Positions 1 to 9,880 of a stretch of DNA of 64,000 nucleotides are shown here, one piece after another. The position numbers and the translations under genes are program-made. The DNA is from Escherichia phage ECP2301. Position 1 is the first letter of the stretch; each line of letters starts with the position of its first letter. The notes below the pieces were generated by a model. The model was not told the DNA's origin and did no database searches. It saw only the letters and a program-made list of their open reading frames with translations. The DNA lies in sequence record OR880646.1. One strand, written 5' to 3'.

Positions 1-192
1 CTGCGTGGTTCCGATCCGAAGAACTTCCAACCAGTAATGGGATTCAAAACTCGTTACGGTATCGGTATCAACCCATTTGCAGAATCCGCTGCTCAGGCTC
101 CGGCTTCTCGCATCCAGAGCGGTATGCCTTCTATTCTGAATAGCCTTGGTAAAAACGCTTACTTCCGCCGTGTATATGTTAAAGGTATCTAA
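1..192 (+). CDS. 23: Major capsid protein gp23, C-terminal fragment (5' partial at window edge)
   Basis: Frame-1 translation ends ...NAYFRRVYVKGI*; followed by terminator hairpin and gene 24 as in T4; start lies outside window. Confidence 0.8.
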   Translation: MRGSDPKNFQPVMGFKTRYGIGINPFAESAAQAPASRIQSGMPSILNSLGKNAYFRRVYVKGI

Positions 193-204
193 TCTTTGAC
201 GATT

Positions 205-236
205 TAAGGGACCTTCGGGTCCCTTTAGTTGTTTTT
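205..236 (+). terminator. Intrinsic terminator after gene 23
   Basis: gggacc-UUCG-ggtccc hairpin followed by TTTAGTTGTTTTT. Confidence 0.75.
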
Positions 237-240
237 ATGG

Positions 241-248
241 TATAAATA
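241..248 (+). promoter_or_regulatory. Late promoter for gene 24
   Basis: TATAAATA about 28 nt upstream of gene 24 start. Confidence 0.75.
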
Positions 249-275
249 AATCATATAAACCAAAAGGAAAGCGCA

Positions 276-1559
276 ATGGCTAAAATCAACGAACTTCTGC
301 GCGAATCAACCACAACGAATAGCAACTCAATCGGTCGCCCAAATCTCGTTGCTTTGACTCGCGCTACCACTAAATTAATATATTCTGACATTGTAGCAAC
401 GCAAAGAACTAATCAACCTGTTGCTGCTTTTTATGGTATCAAATACCTTAACCCGGATAACGAATTTACATTTAAAACTGGTGCTACTTACGCTGGCGAA
501 GCTGGATACGTAGACCGAGAACAAATCACAGAATTAACAGAAGAGTCTAAATTAACTCTCAATAAAGGCGATTTATTCAAATATAATAATATCGTTTATA
601 AAGTATTAGAAGATACACCATTTGCTGATATTGAAGAAAGCGATTTAGAATTAGCTCTTCAGATTGCAATCGTTCTTTTAAAGGTTCGTCTATTTTCTGA
701 TGCTGCAGTAACAAGCAAATTTGAAAGCTCTGATAGTGAAATTGCGGATGCTAGATTCCAGATTAATAAATGGCAAACCGCAGTTAAATCTCGTAAACTT
801 AAAACTGGCATCACAGTTGAATTAGCACAAGATTTAGAAGCAAATGGATTCGATGCTCCTAATTTCTTGGAAGATTTGCTTGCAACCGAAATGGCGGATG
901 AAATCAATAAAGATATTCTGCAGTCTTTGATTACAGTGTCAAAACGCTATAAAGTTACAGGAATTACTGATACTGGATTCATTGATTTGAGTTATGCATC
1001 TGCACCTGAAGCTGGTCGTTCATTATACCGAATGGTATGTGAAATGGTTTCACATATCCAGAAAGAATCAACTTATACAGCAACGTTCTGTGTTGCTTCA
1101 GCTCGTGCCGCTGCGATTCTTGCTGCATCAGGTTGGTTAAAACATAAACCAGAAGATGACAAATATCTTTCACAAAATGCCTACGGGTTCTTAGCTAATG
1201 GTTTACCGCTTTATTGCGATACCAACAGCCCATTAGATTATGTAATCGTTGGCGTAGTAGAAAATATCGGTGAAAAAGAAATTGTTGGGTCAATTTTCTA
1301 TGCTCCGTATACAGAAGGTCTTGACTTAGATGACCCTGAACATGTAGGTGCATTTAAAGTTGTAGTTGATCCAGAAAGTTTGCAGCCATCTATCGGTTTA
1401 TTAGTTAGATATGCTTTATCTGCAAATCCTTACACTGTAGCAAAAGATGAAAAAGAAGCAAGAGTAATTGATGGTGGAGACATGGATAAAATGGCGGGTC
1501 GTTCAGATTTGTCTGTTTTATTAGGTGTTAAGCTACCAAAAATTATCATTGATGAATAA
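276..1559 (+). CDS. 24: Head vertex protein gp24
   Basis: 427 aa, T4 gp24 length; paralogue of gp23; late promoter TATAAATA at 241-248 and RBS upstream. Confidence 0.93.
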   Translation: MAKINELLRESTTTNSNSIGRPNLVALTRATTKLIYSDIVATQRTNQPVAAFYGIKYLNPDNEFTFKTGATYAGEAGYVDREQITELTEESKLTLNKGDLFKYNNIVYKVLEDTPFADIEESDLELALQIAIVLLKVRLFSDAAVTSKFESSDSEIADARFQINKWQTAVKSRKLKTGITVELAQDLEANGFDAPNFLEDLLATEMADEINKDILQSLITVSKRYKVTGITDTGFIDLSYASAPEAGRSLYRMVCEMVSHIQKESTYTATFCVASARAAAILAASGWLKHKPEDDKYLSQNAYGFLANGLPLYCDTNSPLDYVIVGVVENIGEKEIVGSIFYAPYTEGLDLDDPEHVGAFKVVVDPESLQPSIGLLVRYALSANPYTVAKDEKEARVIDGGDMDKMAGRSDLSVLLGVKLPKIIIDE

Positions 1560-1562
1560 AAC

Positions 1563-1590
1563 AAAGGGACCGAAAGGTCCCTTTTTATTT
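1563..1590. terminator. Bidirectional terminator between gene 24 and rnlB
   Basis: gggacc-GAAA-ggtccc with T-tract on plus and A-tract upstream (T-tract on minus). Confidence 0.75.
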
Positions 1591-2593
1591 AACTTACCAA
1601 TTCAATCCAAGCCGGACGAAGTACATCTTGTACCATTTTAACTAATTCCTTCTTAATCAAAGAAGGATTATCCGCTTGAGTTAGAGTAATACCTTCACGA
1701 GAAGTTTCTTCCAAAATATCTTGAACCGTTAGTCCCATCACCTTTCCAAAATCTTTTGGACCAATTTCACCAATTTTAGAAATAACATTATTTACTCGGT
1801 TCAGTGTAACATAACAAGCTAAAATTCCCAGCAATTTATTATCAGCTTCTGACAGTTCAACTTTAGCTTTAATAGGCTTATCAGACTTTTTCTTTTCGCT
1901 AAATTTAGAGTTCTTGCATTTGATAGCTACGCGATTGCCATTAGGCAGCCAAGAAGGATAACAAGGTTTCAATACATATCCTTCAGCGGTAAATACTTCG
2001 CCTTTTGCTTCAGCATTCCAAACGCATTTATTTGCATCAACTAATCCAGCATGGTCTACCGTAAAATTATAATCCTGTACGACAGAATCTAAATCATTTG
2101 GCAATTTAATCAGCTCTTCAAATTTACCGCGACCTAAAAGTGGAGCCACTTTAAATTTAAATGTATTGCAGAATGATTCCATCATATAATCATCGACATA
2201 AGTCACATCACCACTTTCTGTAGTAACAATAATGTCAAATACATAAAAATCTTTATCGCCATAATCGACATTCTTCTGAATGCCAGGTCCAGCGAATTCG
2301 CCAAAAACTTGATAAGATACAACCGCTGAAGTTTCCATAATATCTTGTACTGCTTTAATGGAATCAGCGTAATTCTTTAAAACAATTTCATACCCAAAGA
2401 AATCTTCAGCAGGAAGAATAGGACCAGTGCGTTTAGCACAAGTTACTTTATCACGCTCAATAATCAATGAGAAATTTGTGCCATGAATCTTTTCACGAGC
2501 TACCCATTCGCCGCCAGTCAATCCTAAACTGTAAAGTTTTTCAATAAATTTAGAGTTGTAATGATTTTCAAGACTGCTATACTTTTTAAACAT
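1589..2593 (-). CDS. rnlB: RNA ligase 2
   Basis: 334 aa, T4 Rnl2 length; nucleotidyltransferase motif region (EKIHGTN); position after gene 24. Confidence 0.9.
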   Translation of the reverse strand: MFKKYSSLENHYNSKFIEKLYSLGLTGGEWVAREKIHGTNFSLIIERDKVTCAKRTGPILPAEDFFGYEIVLKNYADSIKAVQDIMETSAVVSYQVFGEFAGPGIQKNVDYGDKDFYVFDIIVTTESGDVTYVDDYMMESFCNTFKFKVAPLLGRGKFEELIKLPNDLDSVVQDYNFTVDHAGLVDANKCVWNAEAKGEVFTAEGYVLKPCYPSWLPNGNRVAIKCKNSKFSEKKKSDKPIKAKVELSEADNKLLGILACYVTLNRVNNVISKIGEIGPKDFGKVMGLTVQDILEETSREGITLTQADNPSLIKKELVKMVQDVLRPAWIELVS

Positions 2594-2602
2594 AATTAAT
2601 CC

Positions 2603-2881
2603 TCAAAATGTAATTTCTAACCAATCACCATCACGCTGATCACTATTGACTTTAAAGCTAAATCCTTCTTTTCTCAGCCAATCACCAATTTCTTCAGTAA
2701 TCAATTTATCGCGAGCAGTACAATAATAACTAAAATATGTTTTACCTTGTTCAGCTGCTTTATTAGCAAGTTCCGAAAAATCTTTAATAAAACACTCTAG
2801 CTTAAACTGTTTACTTTTAAGTGCTTTTTCACGTAATTGATTAGCAAAAGATTCATTTTCATAAAGATCATACTGTTCCAT
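2603..2881 (-). CDS. Hypothetical protein (T4 24.2-like by position)
   Basis: 92 aa ORF, tightly packed with neighbours. Confidence 0.6.
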   Translation of the reverse strand: MEQYDLYENESFANQLREKALKSKQFKLECFIKDFSELANKAAEQGKTYFSYYCTARDKLITEEIGDWLRKEGFSFKVNSDQRDGDWLEITF

Positions 2882-3083
2882 TTTTCACCTTTTTATTAAT
2901 ATGCCTTTTTCTATAGACAACTTTTTCTCGAGTTTCAAATTTATTCTTAGCAGTCATAGCTCGAGCCCATAATACAGCCACTTCCTTTGCCTGTAAGTTC
3001 AATTCACGAGCAATTTCAATGAATGACTTTCCAGACTCATGAAGAGTAAACACCACAACCTCAGTTCTCATAATCAATCTCAT
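2868..3083 (-). CDS. Small putative HTH DNA-binding protein (T4 24.3-like by position)
   Basis: 71 aa ORF; helix-turn-helix-like segment SFIEIARELNLQAKEVAVLWARA. Confidence 0.55.
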   Translation of the reverse strand: MRLIMRTEVVVFTLHESGKSFIEIARELNLQAKEVAVLWARAMTAKNKFETREKVVYRKRHINKKVKNGTV

Positions 3084-3149
3084 GTTATCGAGTTGGTGCC
3101 ATTATATACATCATTTTCTGAGTGTGTTTTGTGTGCTTTCAAAATGAAG

Positions 3150-3170
3150 AAAGGGGCCGAAGCCCCTTAT
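3150..3170 (-). terminator. Stem-loop / terminator downstream of hoc
   Basis: ggggc-CGAA-gcccc hairpin followed on minus strand by TTTCTTCATTTT. Confidence 0.65.
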
Positions 3171-3172
3171 GA

Positions 3173-4591
3173 TTATGGATAGGTATAGATGATACCAGTT
3201 TCTAAAGCAGTTTTATGAATGATGTATCCATTACGTGATTCTTGAACATCAACTTCTGGATAGTCTTTCATCATCTTCTGAAGGGTGTAACGATGCAGGT
3301 AGTATTTACTATCTGGATCTTCAGTTTTCCAATCTTTACCTTCTTCGGTCATTTTTTGGATTTCATCCATAACCCACCAGCCGCACCAGATATAAGCCGA
3401 AGTACGATGTGGAAGAGGATGAACATAAGGCAATTCACCTTCTGGTTCTGGAGCAACTTTATCAGTTACCTGAACTTGACCTTCTGCTGTGATAGTTTTG
3501 CTATCATAATCAGTAGCAGTAACAGTTGCAGTAACTTCAATAGTTTGACTTCCAATAGATGATGTATCAACGGTGTATACATTAGTTGACCCTTCTACTG
3601 GAGAAGAATCTTTCTTCCATGAATATTCAATTTGAGCTTCTTCTGGAGCATCAGTGACATTAGCAGTAAATGTAGCCGAAGCATCTTGCTGAACGTTAAT
3701 AGAAGGAGGAGTCAATGTAACCTGTGGATTCATTGTCTTCTTATTAACTGTTAATGATACTTCATTAGAAGTAACTTCCTTTTCATTGTAATTTTCTGCA
3801 GTTACTTGAGCTACACACTTAACTGTTTTAGCTCCAACTGTGGTAGGAGTATAGTTAAATGTAGTAGTAGTTTCTCCATCGACCAGAGAACCGTCAACAT
3901 ACCACTGATACGTAGCAGACGCTCCTGGTGGCTGTGAAGCCAAGGCAGCAGTAAATTGAACTGGGGTTCCAATTACCCCGGCAGCAGGATTAGCAGGAGT
4001 TACGGCTAACGTAGTTGTCTGTGTCTTCTTATTAACTGTTAATGACACTTCATTAGAAGTAACTTCCTTTGCATCATAATCTGCCGCAGTTACTTGAGCT
4101 ACGCACTTAATTGTTTTAACTCCGCTTGTGTCAGGAGTGTAATTGAATGTAGCGTCAGTTGCTTCGCTTACAGGAGAACCGTCAACGTGCCATTGATACG
4201 TAGCAGATGCACCTGATGGCTGTGAAGCTAAGGCAGCGGTAAATTCAATTGGAGTTCCAATCACTCCAGCATCAGGGCTACCAGGAGTTACAGCTAAAGT
4301 AGTTGTCTGTGTCTTATTTTGAACTGTGATAGTTGTACTAATTTCTGCTGTTTCAGGTTCAGATTCTGCAACTTGATTGGTTGCAACGACTTTAATAGTC
4401 TTTTGACCGGCAGGTCCTTTTAGTACATAACTAAAAGTTGCTGACGTTTCTTCCTGCGGAGCGTCGTCTACAGTCCAAGCATATGTAATAGGTCCATCTC
4501 CAGTTTGACCACTGGGTGTAGCAGTAAACTGCTGAGTCTGATCTATAACTCCAGTAGGTGTTTTAGGAGTTATATCAACTGTAAAAGTCAT
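3173..4591 (-). CDS. hoc: Hoc outer capsid protein, enlarged by tandem Ig-like domain duplication
   Basis: 472 aa vs 376 aa in T4; Ig-like repeats; C-terminal capsid-binding region conserved; position between 24.3 and inh. Confidence 0.85.
   Translation of the reverse strand: MTFTVDITPKTPTGVIDQTQQFTATPSGQTGDGPITYAWTVDDAPQEETSATFSYVLKGPAGQKTIKVVATNQVAESEPETAEISTTITVQNKTQTTTLAVTPGSPDAGVIGTPIEFTAALASQPSGASATYQWHVDGSPVSEATDATFNYTPDTSGVKTIKCVAQVTAADYDAKEVTSNEVSLTVNKKTQTTTLAVTPANPAAGVIGTPVQFTAALASQPPGASATYQWYVDGSLVDGETTTTFNYTPTTVGAKTVKCVAQVTAENYNEKEVTSNEVSLTVNKKTMNPQVTLTPPSINVQQDASATFTANVTDAPEEAQIEYSWKKDSSPVEGSTNVYTVDTSSIGSQTIEVTATVTATDYDSKTITAEGQVQVTDKVAPEPEGELPYVHPLPHRTSAYIWCGWWVMDEIQKMTEEGKDWKTEDPDSKYYLHRYTLQKMMKDYPEVDVQESRNGYIIHKTALETGIIYTYP
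3735..4310. repeat. Tandem direct repeat, 2 x 288 bp (in-frame Ig-domain duplication inside hoc)
   Basis: Unit starting gtcttcttattaactgttaatga at about 3735 recurs at about 4023; encoded 96-aa units are near-identical (KTQTTTLAVTP...SNEVSLTVNKK). Confidence 0.85.
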
Positions 4592-4600
4592 AAGTTATCC

Positions 4601-5281
4601 TTATTTTAATGTTACGAAAGAAGAATTGCGTGTTTCACGAATTAGAACTGATCCGTCACGATTAATGTAGTAAATTAAGCTAAATAAAGTTTGGTGTGCC
4701 GACGCATGTTCAAAACTAGTTGGGTGAGATTTCCAATCCGGAGTTTCAGCAATCCACTGGTAAATCCACCAAGGAACAGTGCAGAATCCTGGATTTTTTC
4801 CAATCAGCTGAAGATTCGGACTAAAGTTTTCCGGAAGAGTAAATACAGACGGCTTTTCAGATTCAATAATCTCAGCTACAGCCTGCTCGAATTTTTCTTC
4901 AACAAAAGGAGTATCTTCAATCAAAACATCGGTATTTTCAGGAATTTTATCCGTTTCTACTACTTCAATTTTAATGTCAGATTTAACCGGAGAATCAATC
5001 AGAAGTGCTGCCTCTGGATTGACTTCTTCATCGTCATATTTTAATCCGTCTGCAGCATCAGCAGCATCAATTAAGTCTTTAATAGATAACCCATCAGTCT
5101 CTGGCATAGGTTCACTAGCGAGCTTCTGGAGGGCTTCTTCAATATCATTAACGATATTATCAAAAGATTTATTCTTTTTGACCTTTATACCAAACTGTTC
5201 AGCATATTCAGCTAATTTAGCTTTAGCTTCTTTATTATCATCAAGAGCCTTCAGCTCTGCAATATAATCTTTATCTATCAT
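4601..5281 (-). CDS. inh: Inh, inhibitor of prohead protease
   Basis: 226 aa ORF at T4 inh position between hoc and uvsW. Confidence 0.7.
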   Translation of the reverse strand: MIDKDYIAELKALDDNKEAKAKLAEYAEQFGIKVKKNKSFDNIVNDIEEALQKLASEPMPETDGLSIKDLIDAADAADGLKYDDEEVNPEAALLIDSPVKSDIKIEVVETDKIPENTDVLIEDTPFVEEKFEQAVAEIIESEKPSVFTLPENFSPNLQLIGKNPGFCTVPWWIYQWIAETPDWKSHPTSFEHASAHQTLFSLIYYINRDGSVLIRETRNSSFVTLK

Positions 5282-5294
5282 AATATTTCCTCAG

Positions 5295-5302
5295 TATAAA
5301 TA
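5295..5302 (+). promoter_or_regulatory. Late promoter for uvsW
   Basis: TATAAATA about 30 nt upstream of uvsW start. Confidence 0.7.
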
Positions 5303-5331
5303 TAGATATATTTATTACATGGTATTTAGAC

Positions 5332-6843
5332 ATGACTGACATTAAAGTACATTTTTATGATTTTAGTCACGTGAGAATTGATTGTGAAGAAAGTACATTT
5401 CATGAACTCCGTGATTTCTTTAGCTTTGAAGCTGATGGGTATCGTTTTAATCCGAAATACAAATATGGTCACTGGGATGGACGAATCCGTCTTTTAGATT
5501 ATAATCGCCTTCTTCCATTCGGTTTAGTCGGGCAAATTAAAAAGTTCTGCGATAACTTTGGCTATAAAGCCTGGATTGACCCACAGATTAACGAAAAAGA
5601 AGAATTATCAAGAAAAGATTTTGATGAATGGCTTTCTAAATTAGAAATCTATTCAGGAAATAAAAGAATTGAACCGCATTGGTATCAAAAAGATGCAGTG
5701 TTCGAAGGATTAGTTAATCGTCGTAGAATTCTTAATCTTCCAACATCCGCAGGTAAATCTTTAATTCAAGCTTTGCTTGCTCGGTATTATTTGGAAAATT
5801 ATGAAGGTAAAATTCTTATCATTGTTCCAACAACTGCTCTGACAACTCAGATGGCTGATGACTTTGTTGACTATCGTTTATTCAGTCATGCAATGATAAA
5901 GAAAATTGGCGGTGGAGCATCAAAAGATGATAAATATAAAAATGATGCACCAGTCGTTGTTGGTACATGGCAAACTGTAGTAAAACAACCGAAAGAATGG
6001 TTCTCACAGTTTGGAATGATGATGAATGATGAATGCCATCTTGCTACAGGAAAAAGTATTTCATCTATCATATCAGGTTTAAATAACTGTATGTTTAAAT
6101 TTGGTTTGTCTGGTTCATTACGTGATGGCAAAGCTAATATCATGCAGTATGTTGGAATGTTTGGCGAAATATTTAAGCCAGTAACGACTTCTAAATTAAT
6201 GGAAGATGGACAAGTAACTGAGCTAAAAATTAATAGTATTTTTCTTCGCTATCCCGATGAGTTCACTACTAAATTAAAGGGAAAAACTTACCAAGAAGAA
6301 ATAAAAATTATCACTGGACTCAGTAAAAGAAATAAATGGATTGCTAAATTAGCTATTAAGCTTGCACAAAAAGATGAAAACGCTTTTGTCATGTTTAAAC
6401 ACGTATCGCACGGTAAAGCTATTTTCGATTTAATTAAAAATGAATACGATAAAGTTTATTACGTATCAGGGGAAGTTGATACCGAAACACGCAACGTAAT
6501 GAAAACCTTAGCTGAAAACGGTAAAGGAATAATTATAGTAGCTAGTTATGGTGTATTTTCTACCGGTATTTCAGTTAAAAATCTGCATCACGTTGTTTTA
6601 GCGCACGGTGTTAAATCTAAAATTATTGTATTGCAAACAATAGGTCGCGTATTACGTAAGCATGGTTCTAAAACAATCGCAACAGTCTGGGACCTCATAG
6701 ATGATTGCGGTGTTAAGCCAAAATCTGCTAATACGAAAAAGAAATACGTTCATTTGAACTATCTTTTAAAACACGGCATTGATCGTATTCAGCGCTATGC
6801 AGATGAAAAATTTAATTACGTAATGAAAACAGTTAATTTATAA
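5332..6843 (+). CDS. uvsW: UvsW RNA-DNA / DNA helicase
   Basis: 503 aa; SF2 helicase Walker A (LPTSAGKS) and DExH-like box (NDECH); late promoter TATAAATA at 5295-5302. Confidence 0.92.
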   Translation: MTDIKVHFYDFSHVRIDCEESTFHELRDFFSFEADGYRFNPKYKYGHWDGRIRLLDYNRLLPFGLVGQIKKFCDNFGYKAWIDPQINEKEELSRKDFDEWLSKLEIYSGNKRIEPHWYQKDAVFEGLVNRRRILNLPTSAGKSLIQALLARYYLENYEGKILIIVPTTALTTQMADDFVDYRLFSHAMIKKIGGGASKDDKYKNDAPVVVGTWQTVVKQPKEWFSQFGMMMNDECHLATGKSISSIISGLNNCMFKFGLSGSLRDGKANIMQYVGMFGEIFKPVTTSKLMEDGQVTELKINSIFLRYPDEFTTKLKGKTYQEEIKIITGLSKRNKWIAKLAIKLAQKDENAFVMFKHVSHGKAIFDLIKNEYDKVYYVSGEVDTETRNVMKTLAENGKGIIIVASYGVFSTGISVKNLHHVVLAHGVKSKIIVLQTIGRVLRKHGSKTIATVWDLIDDCGVKPKSANTKKKYVHLNYLLKHGIDRIQRYADEKFNYVMKTVNL

Positions 6844-6856
6844 GGGCTTCGGCCCT

Positions 6857-7099
6857 TTGGAGAAAAAGATGTTACTAGAATTTAAACAATTTCTTTATGA
6901 AGCTTCTATTGATGAATTTATGGGTAAAATTGCCTCTTGTCAAACAATAGAAGGTCTAGAAGAACTTGAAGCTTATTATAAGAAAAGAGTTAAAGAAACT
7001 GAATTAAAAGATACTGATGACATCTCTGTGAGAGATGCTTTGGCAGGAAAAAGAGCTGAATTAGAAGATTCAGACGATGAAGTAGAAGAAAGCTTTTAA
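6857..7099 (+). CDS. uvsW.1: UvsW.1 small acidic protein
   Basis: 80 aa ORF immediately downstream of uvsW with its own RBS. Confidence 0.7.
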   Translation: MEKKMLLEFKQFLYEASIDEFMGKIASCQTIEGLEELEAYYKKRVKETELKDTDDISVRDALAGKRAELEDSDDEVEESF

Positions 7100-7155
7100 A
7101 TTAAAAAAAGGCCCAACCGAAAAGGAAGGGCCAAAACTATAGACTAAAGGTCACA

Positions 7156-7323
7156 CTATAGCAAAAGTTGTGTTTCATTTAATTGTTCTTCCGAACTTTC
7201 TGAAACTGGTAGTTCTTTAATGTAATTATAACAAGGCCCAGGATGTACAGGACCTTTGTCTGTTTCAACAACCAATGCAGAATCGATTGGAGTTTTACAG
7301 ACAACGCAAATCTTATCTGACAT
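7156..7323 (-). CDS. Small Cys-rich (zinc-ribbon-like) protein, about 55 aa
   Basis: Hand-translated MSDKICVVCKTPIDS...GPVHPGPCYNY; RBS GAGGAG 5 nt upstream; below the ORF-track length cut-off. Confidence 0.5.
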   Translation of the reverse strand: MSDKICVVCKTPIDSALVVETDKGPVHPGPCYNYIKELPVSESSEEQLNETQLLL

Positions 7324-7351
7324 GATTGTCTCCTCTAAATTATATATCTAT

Positions 7352-7576
7352 TTATATAACTCTCATATGCATATCAATGCCCATATCTTTAGAATAAAAA
7401 TATTCATCAAGATATCCAGCAAATTTTCCTTTAACATAAAGTACATCTTCACCGCATGGGTGGTCGGCCAGGATACGAATATCCTGACGCTTAAGATTAT
7501 ACTTTTTCATTAAGAATTGAATTTCCGTTTCGAATTCTTCTTCATAATTAAAAGCATCATCAATGCTATATCTCAT
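7352..7576 (-). CDS. Hypothetical protein (uvsY-upstream-region ORF)
   Basis: 74 aa ORF abutting uvsY stop. Confidence 0.55.
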   Translation of the reverse strand: MRYSIDDAFNYEEEFETEIQFLMKKYNLKRQDIRILADHPCGEDVLYVKGKFAGYLDEYFYSKDMGIDMHMRVI

Positions 7577-7989
7577 TATTTTCCAGCCTCAAATGCTCGC
7601 ATGTCTTGAATATGCTTAATAGCAAATCCGCGTGATTTAATAGCATCAAGAGCTCCGCTACAGAAATCCAATAAAATTCCCCAATATTGCAATGAAGTAT
7701 CAACTTTTAAAACATCCTTATCAGCTGATAGAACTGTCTTCATTTCTGATTTCTCATAACGATCCATACTAAATTCATCACCATCTCCTCGTCCCGAGTA
7801 GTAGTCTAATCTAGCTTTAAGAGCAACTTTTTTCTGTGCGTCAATTCTAAGCATTTCCTTTTTAATACTTGAATGCTTATTGAGCCATTTACTATATAAC
7901 ATCACATTATTAGCTGCTTCATACTGTAATTTAGTCGAATCTATAAACACATCTTTCTTCAATTCTTCTTGAAGATCTTCTAATTTCAT
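7576..7989 (-). CDS. uvsY: UvsY recombination mediator
   Basis: 137 aa, T4 UvsY length; position next to gene 25; MotA-type middle promoters upstream. Confidence 0.9.
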   Translation of the reverse strand: MKLEDLQEELKKDVFIDSTKLQYEAANNVMLYSKWLNKHSSIKKEMLRIDAQKKVALKARLDYYSGRGDGDEFSMDRYEKSEMKTVLSADKDVLKVDTSLQYWGILLDFCSGALDAIKSRGFAIKHIQDMRAFEAGK

Positions 7990-7994
7990 ATTGT

Positions 7995-8058
7995 TCTCTA
8001 TTCAATTGTTATTGGATGGACTTAGATTCATTATACCACGTTTATACGTGAAGCATTA
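7995..8058 (-). promoter_or_regulatory. Tandem MotA-dependent middle promoters for uvsY (T4 oriF region)
   Basis: Minus strand reads cTTGCTTCcagtaacagagTATAATGCTTCAcgtataaacgtggTATAATga: two TGCTTC boxes each about 12-13 nt upstream of a TATAAT. Confidence 0.6.
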
Positions 8059-8454
8059 TACTCTGTTACTGGAAGCAAGTTGTAGTTTTATCTGCTCAAT
8101 ATCATCAGGGTTATCGATGACCGAAAAGCGTATTTCTACTATTAGAGTATAATCATCATAAACCGGTATTACATTAACTGCTAATTTATCAATACGCGGC
8201 TCGTAGTTTCTTACTGCGCTTTCAATGTTACGCTCAACCGTGTCAGCAGTAAGAGGAGTCATATTCTCAAAAAGCTGATCAGATAAATCACATCCAAATT
8301 CTGGGTCAAATGGCCTTGACCCTTTCCTGGTTGTAATAATTCCTAAAAGGCTATTTTTAATTGACCTTAATCCAAGAGATCTTGAAACATCTTTGTCCCA
8401 ATCCATTTTCATTTCTGGGTCAATGTCAGAATAAAGCTTATTAATATTTGCCAT
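8056..8454 (-). CDS. 25: Baseplate wedge protein gp25
   Basis: 132 aa; T4 length and position. Confidence 0.9.
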   Translation of the reverse strand: MANINKLYSDIDPEMKMDWDKDVSRSLGLRSIKNSLLGIITTRKGSRPFDPEFGCDLSDQLFENMTPLTADTVERNIESAVRNYEPRIDKLAVNVIPVYDDYTLIVEIRFSVIDNPDDIEQIKLQLASSNRV

Positions 8455-9080
8455 TACAATAGCTCAAAGAATTCTTTGAGTCCTCTTATTACATGAGCGT
8501 GAGTTTTTCCACACTCTGGACACTTAATTGGAATAGCCAAATAAACAGTAGGCTTTAAAAGCATATCTTTTATAGCTACAATATCTGACTCTGTGATGAT
8601 AGAGTATAAATCTTCCAGTTCTTTTTCATTTAAATCTTCAACTGGAATGCTTTCCCCGTTAGCATGAATCGTTTCTATACATGATACTATCATGTGGGCT
8701 ATATTTTTATCATCAAAAATTTTAGGGTAATGGAACTTAATTTTAATGTCACCCAGTGTATACCAGAGGTCTTCTGGTGCATCTATTTGTGTATGTAATA
8801 GATTTATATGGGTTGGTATTTCAGTTCCACAGGTGCACTTCCAGGAGTTTTCGTGATTAACTTCTCCAAGAGAATGCGCCCATAAATGAATCAGCAGTAG
8901 TTCTGATTCTTGACGGTTTAAATCTTTTGCATTTGTACAGTCTTTAATTAGCTTTTTAACGATCTCTTCTACTGAACCGTTCTTTTTAGCAGTAATAAGT
9001 TCTAGATATTCTTTAAGAGTAAATGCGCGACAGTTGATTATTTTAGAACCAACTCTCACATCAAATTTGTATTCATACAT
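8454..9080 (-). CDS. 26: Baseplate hub protein gp26
   Basis: 208 aa; overlaps gp25 start; position. Confidence 0.85.
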   Translation of the reverse strand: MYEYKFDVRVGSKIINCRAFTLKEYLELITAKKNGSVEEIVKKLIKDCTNAKDLNRQESELLLIHLWAHSLGEVNHENSWKCTCGTEIPTHINLLHTQIDAPEDLWYTLGDIKIKFHYPKIFDDKNIAHMIVSCIETIHANGESIPVEDLNEKELEDLYSIITESDIVAIKDMLLKPTVYLAIPIKCPECGKTHAHVIRGLKEFFELL

Positions 9081-9105
9081 ATTTAGCTCCTTTATTTATC
9101 ATATT

Positions 9106-9113
9106 TATAAATA
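9106..9113. promoter_or_regulatory. Divergent late promoter(s) between genes 26 and 51
   Basis: tatttataaata: TATAAATA readable on both strands, 15-25 nt from each start codon. Confidence 0.7.
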
Positions 9114-9130
9114 GAATAAAAGGAGCATCT

Positions 9131-9880
9131 ATGGCAAACATTATTCGTTGTAAATTACCAGATGGTGTTCATCGTTTTAAACCATTTACGGTAGAAGATT
9201 ATCGAGATTTTTTGTTAGTTCGAAACGATATAGAACATCGGTCACCACAAGAACAAAAAGAAATAATTGCTGATTTAATTGCTGATTATTTTGGAGACTA
9301 TCCGAAGACTTGGCAACCATTTATATTTTTGCAGGTATTTGTAGGGTCAATAGGTAAAACTAAAGTACCAGTCACATTTGTGTGTCCAAAATGTAAAAAA
9401 GAAAAGACAGTTCCATTTGAAATATATCAAAAAGAATTAAAGGAACCTGTTTTTGATGTAGCTAATGTTAAAATTAAATTAAAGTTTCCTTCTGAGTTTT
9501 ATGAAAATAAAGCAAAGATGATTACTGAAAATATTCATTCTGTTCAAGTAGATGAAATATGGTATGATTGGAAGGAAATTAGTGAATCGAGCCAAATAGA
9601 ACTTGTTGATGCCATCGAGATAGAAACATTAGAAAAAATTCTTGATGCAATGAATCCTATTAATTTAACATTGCATATGTCATGTTGTAATAAGTATGTA
9701 AAAAAATACACTGATATAGTAGATGTGTTTAAGCTATTAGTTAACCCAGATGAAATATTTACTTTTTATCAAATCAATCACACACTCGTAAAAAGTAATT
9801 ATAGCTTAAATTCAATAATGAAAATGATTCCTGCTGAGCGCGGATTCGTATTAAAACTGATTGAGAAGGATAAACAATAA
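9131..9880 (+). CDS. 51: Baseplate hub assembly catalyst gp51
   Basis: 249 aa; T4 length and position. Confidence 0.85.
   Translation: MANIIRCKLPDGVHRFKPFTVEDYRDFLLVRNDIEHRSPQEQKEIIADLIADYFGDYPKTWQPFIFLQVFVGSIGKTKVPVTFVCPKCKKEKTVPFEIYQKELKEPVFDVANVKIKLKFPSEFYENKAKMITENIHSVQVDEIWYDWKEISESSQIELVDAIEIETLEKILDAMNPINLTLHMSCCNKYVKKYTDIVDVFKLLVNPDEIFTFYQINHTLVKSNYSLNSIMKMIPAERGFVLKLIEKDKQ

Noticed and set aside
3242-3562. Plus-strand ORF embedded antisense within hoc (and similar antisense ORFs such as 4691-5044, 4974-5267, 40939-41418, 29474-29851)
   Set aside because: These lie wholly inside well-supported genes on the opposite strand, lack RBS or promoter signals, and have skewed low-complexity composition typical of antisense frames in A/T-rich phage DNA.
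7256-7513. 85-aa plus-strand ORF in the uvsY-upstream region
   Set aside because: Overlaps two better-supported minus-strand genes; no RBS; low-complexity Ile/Phe-rich product.
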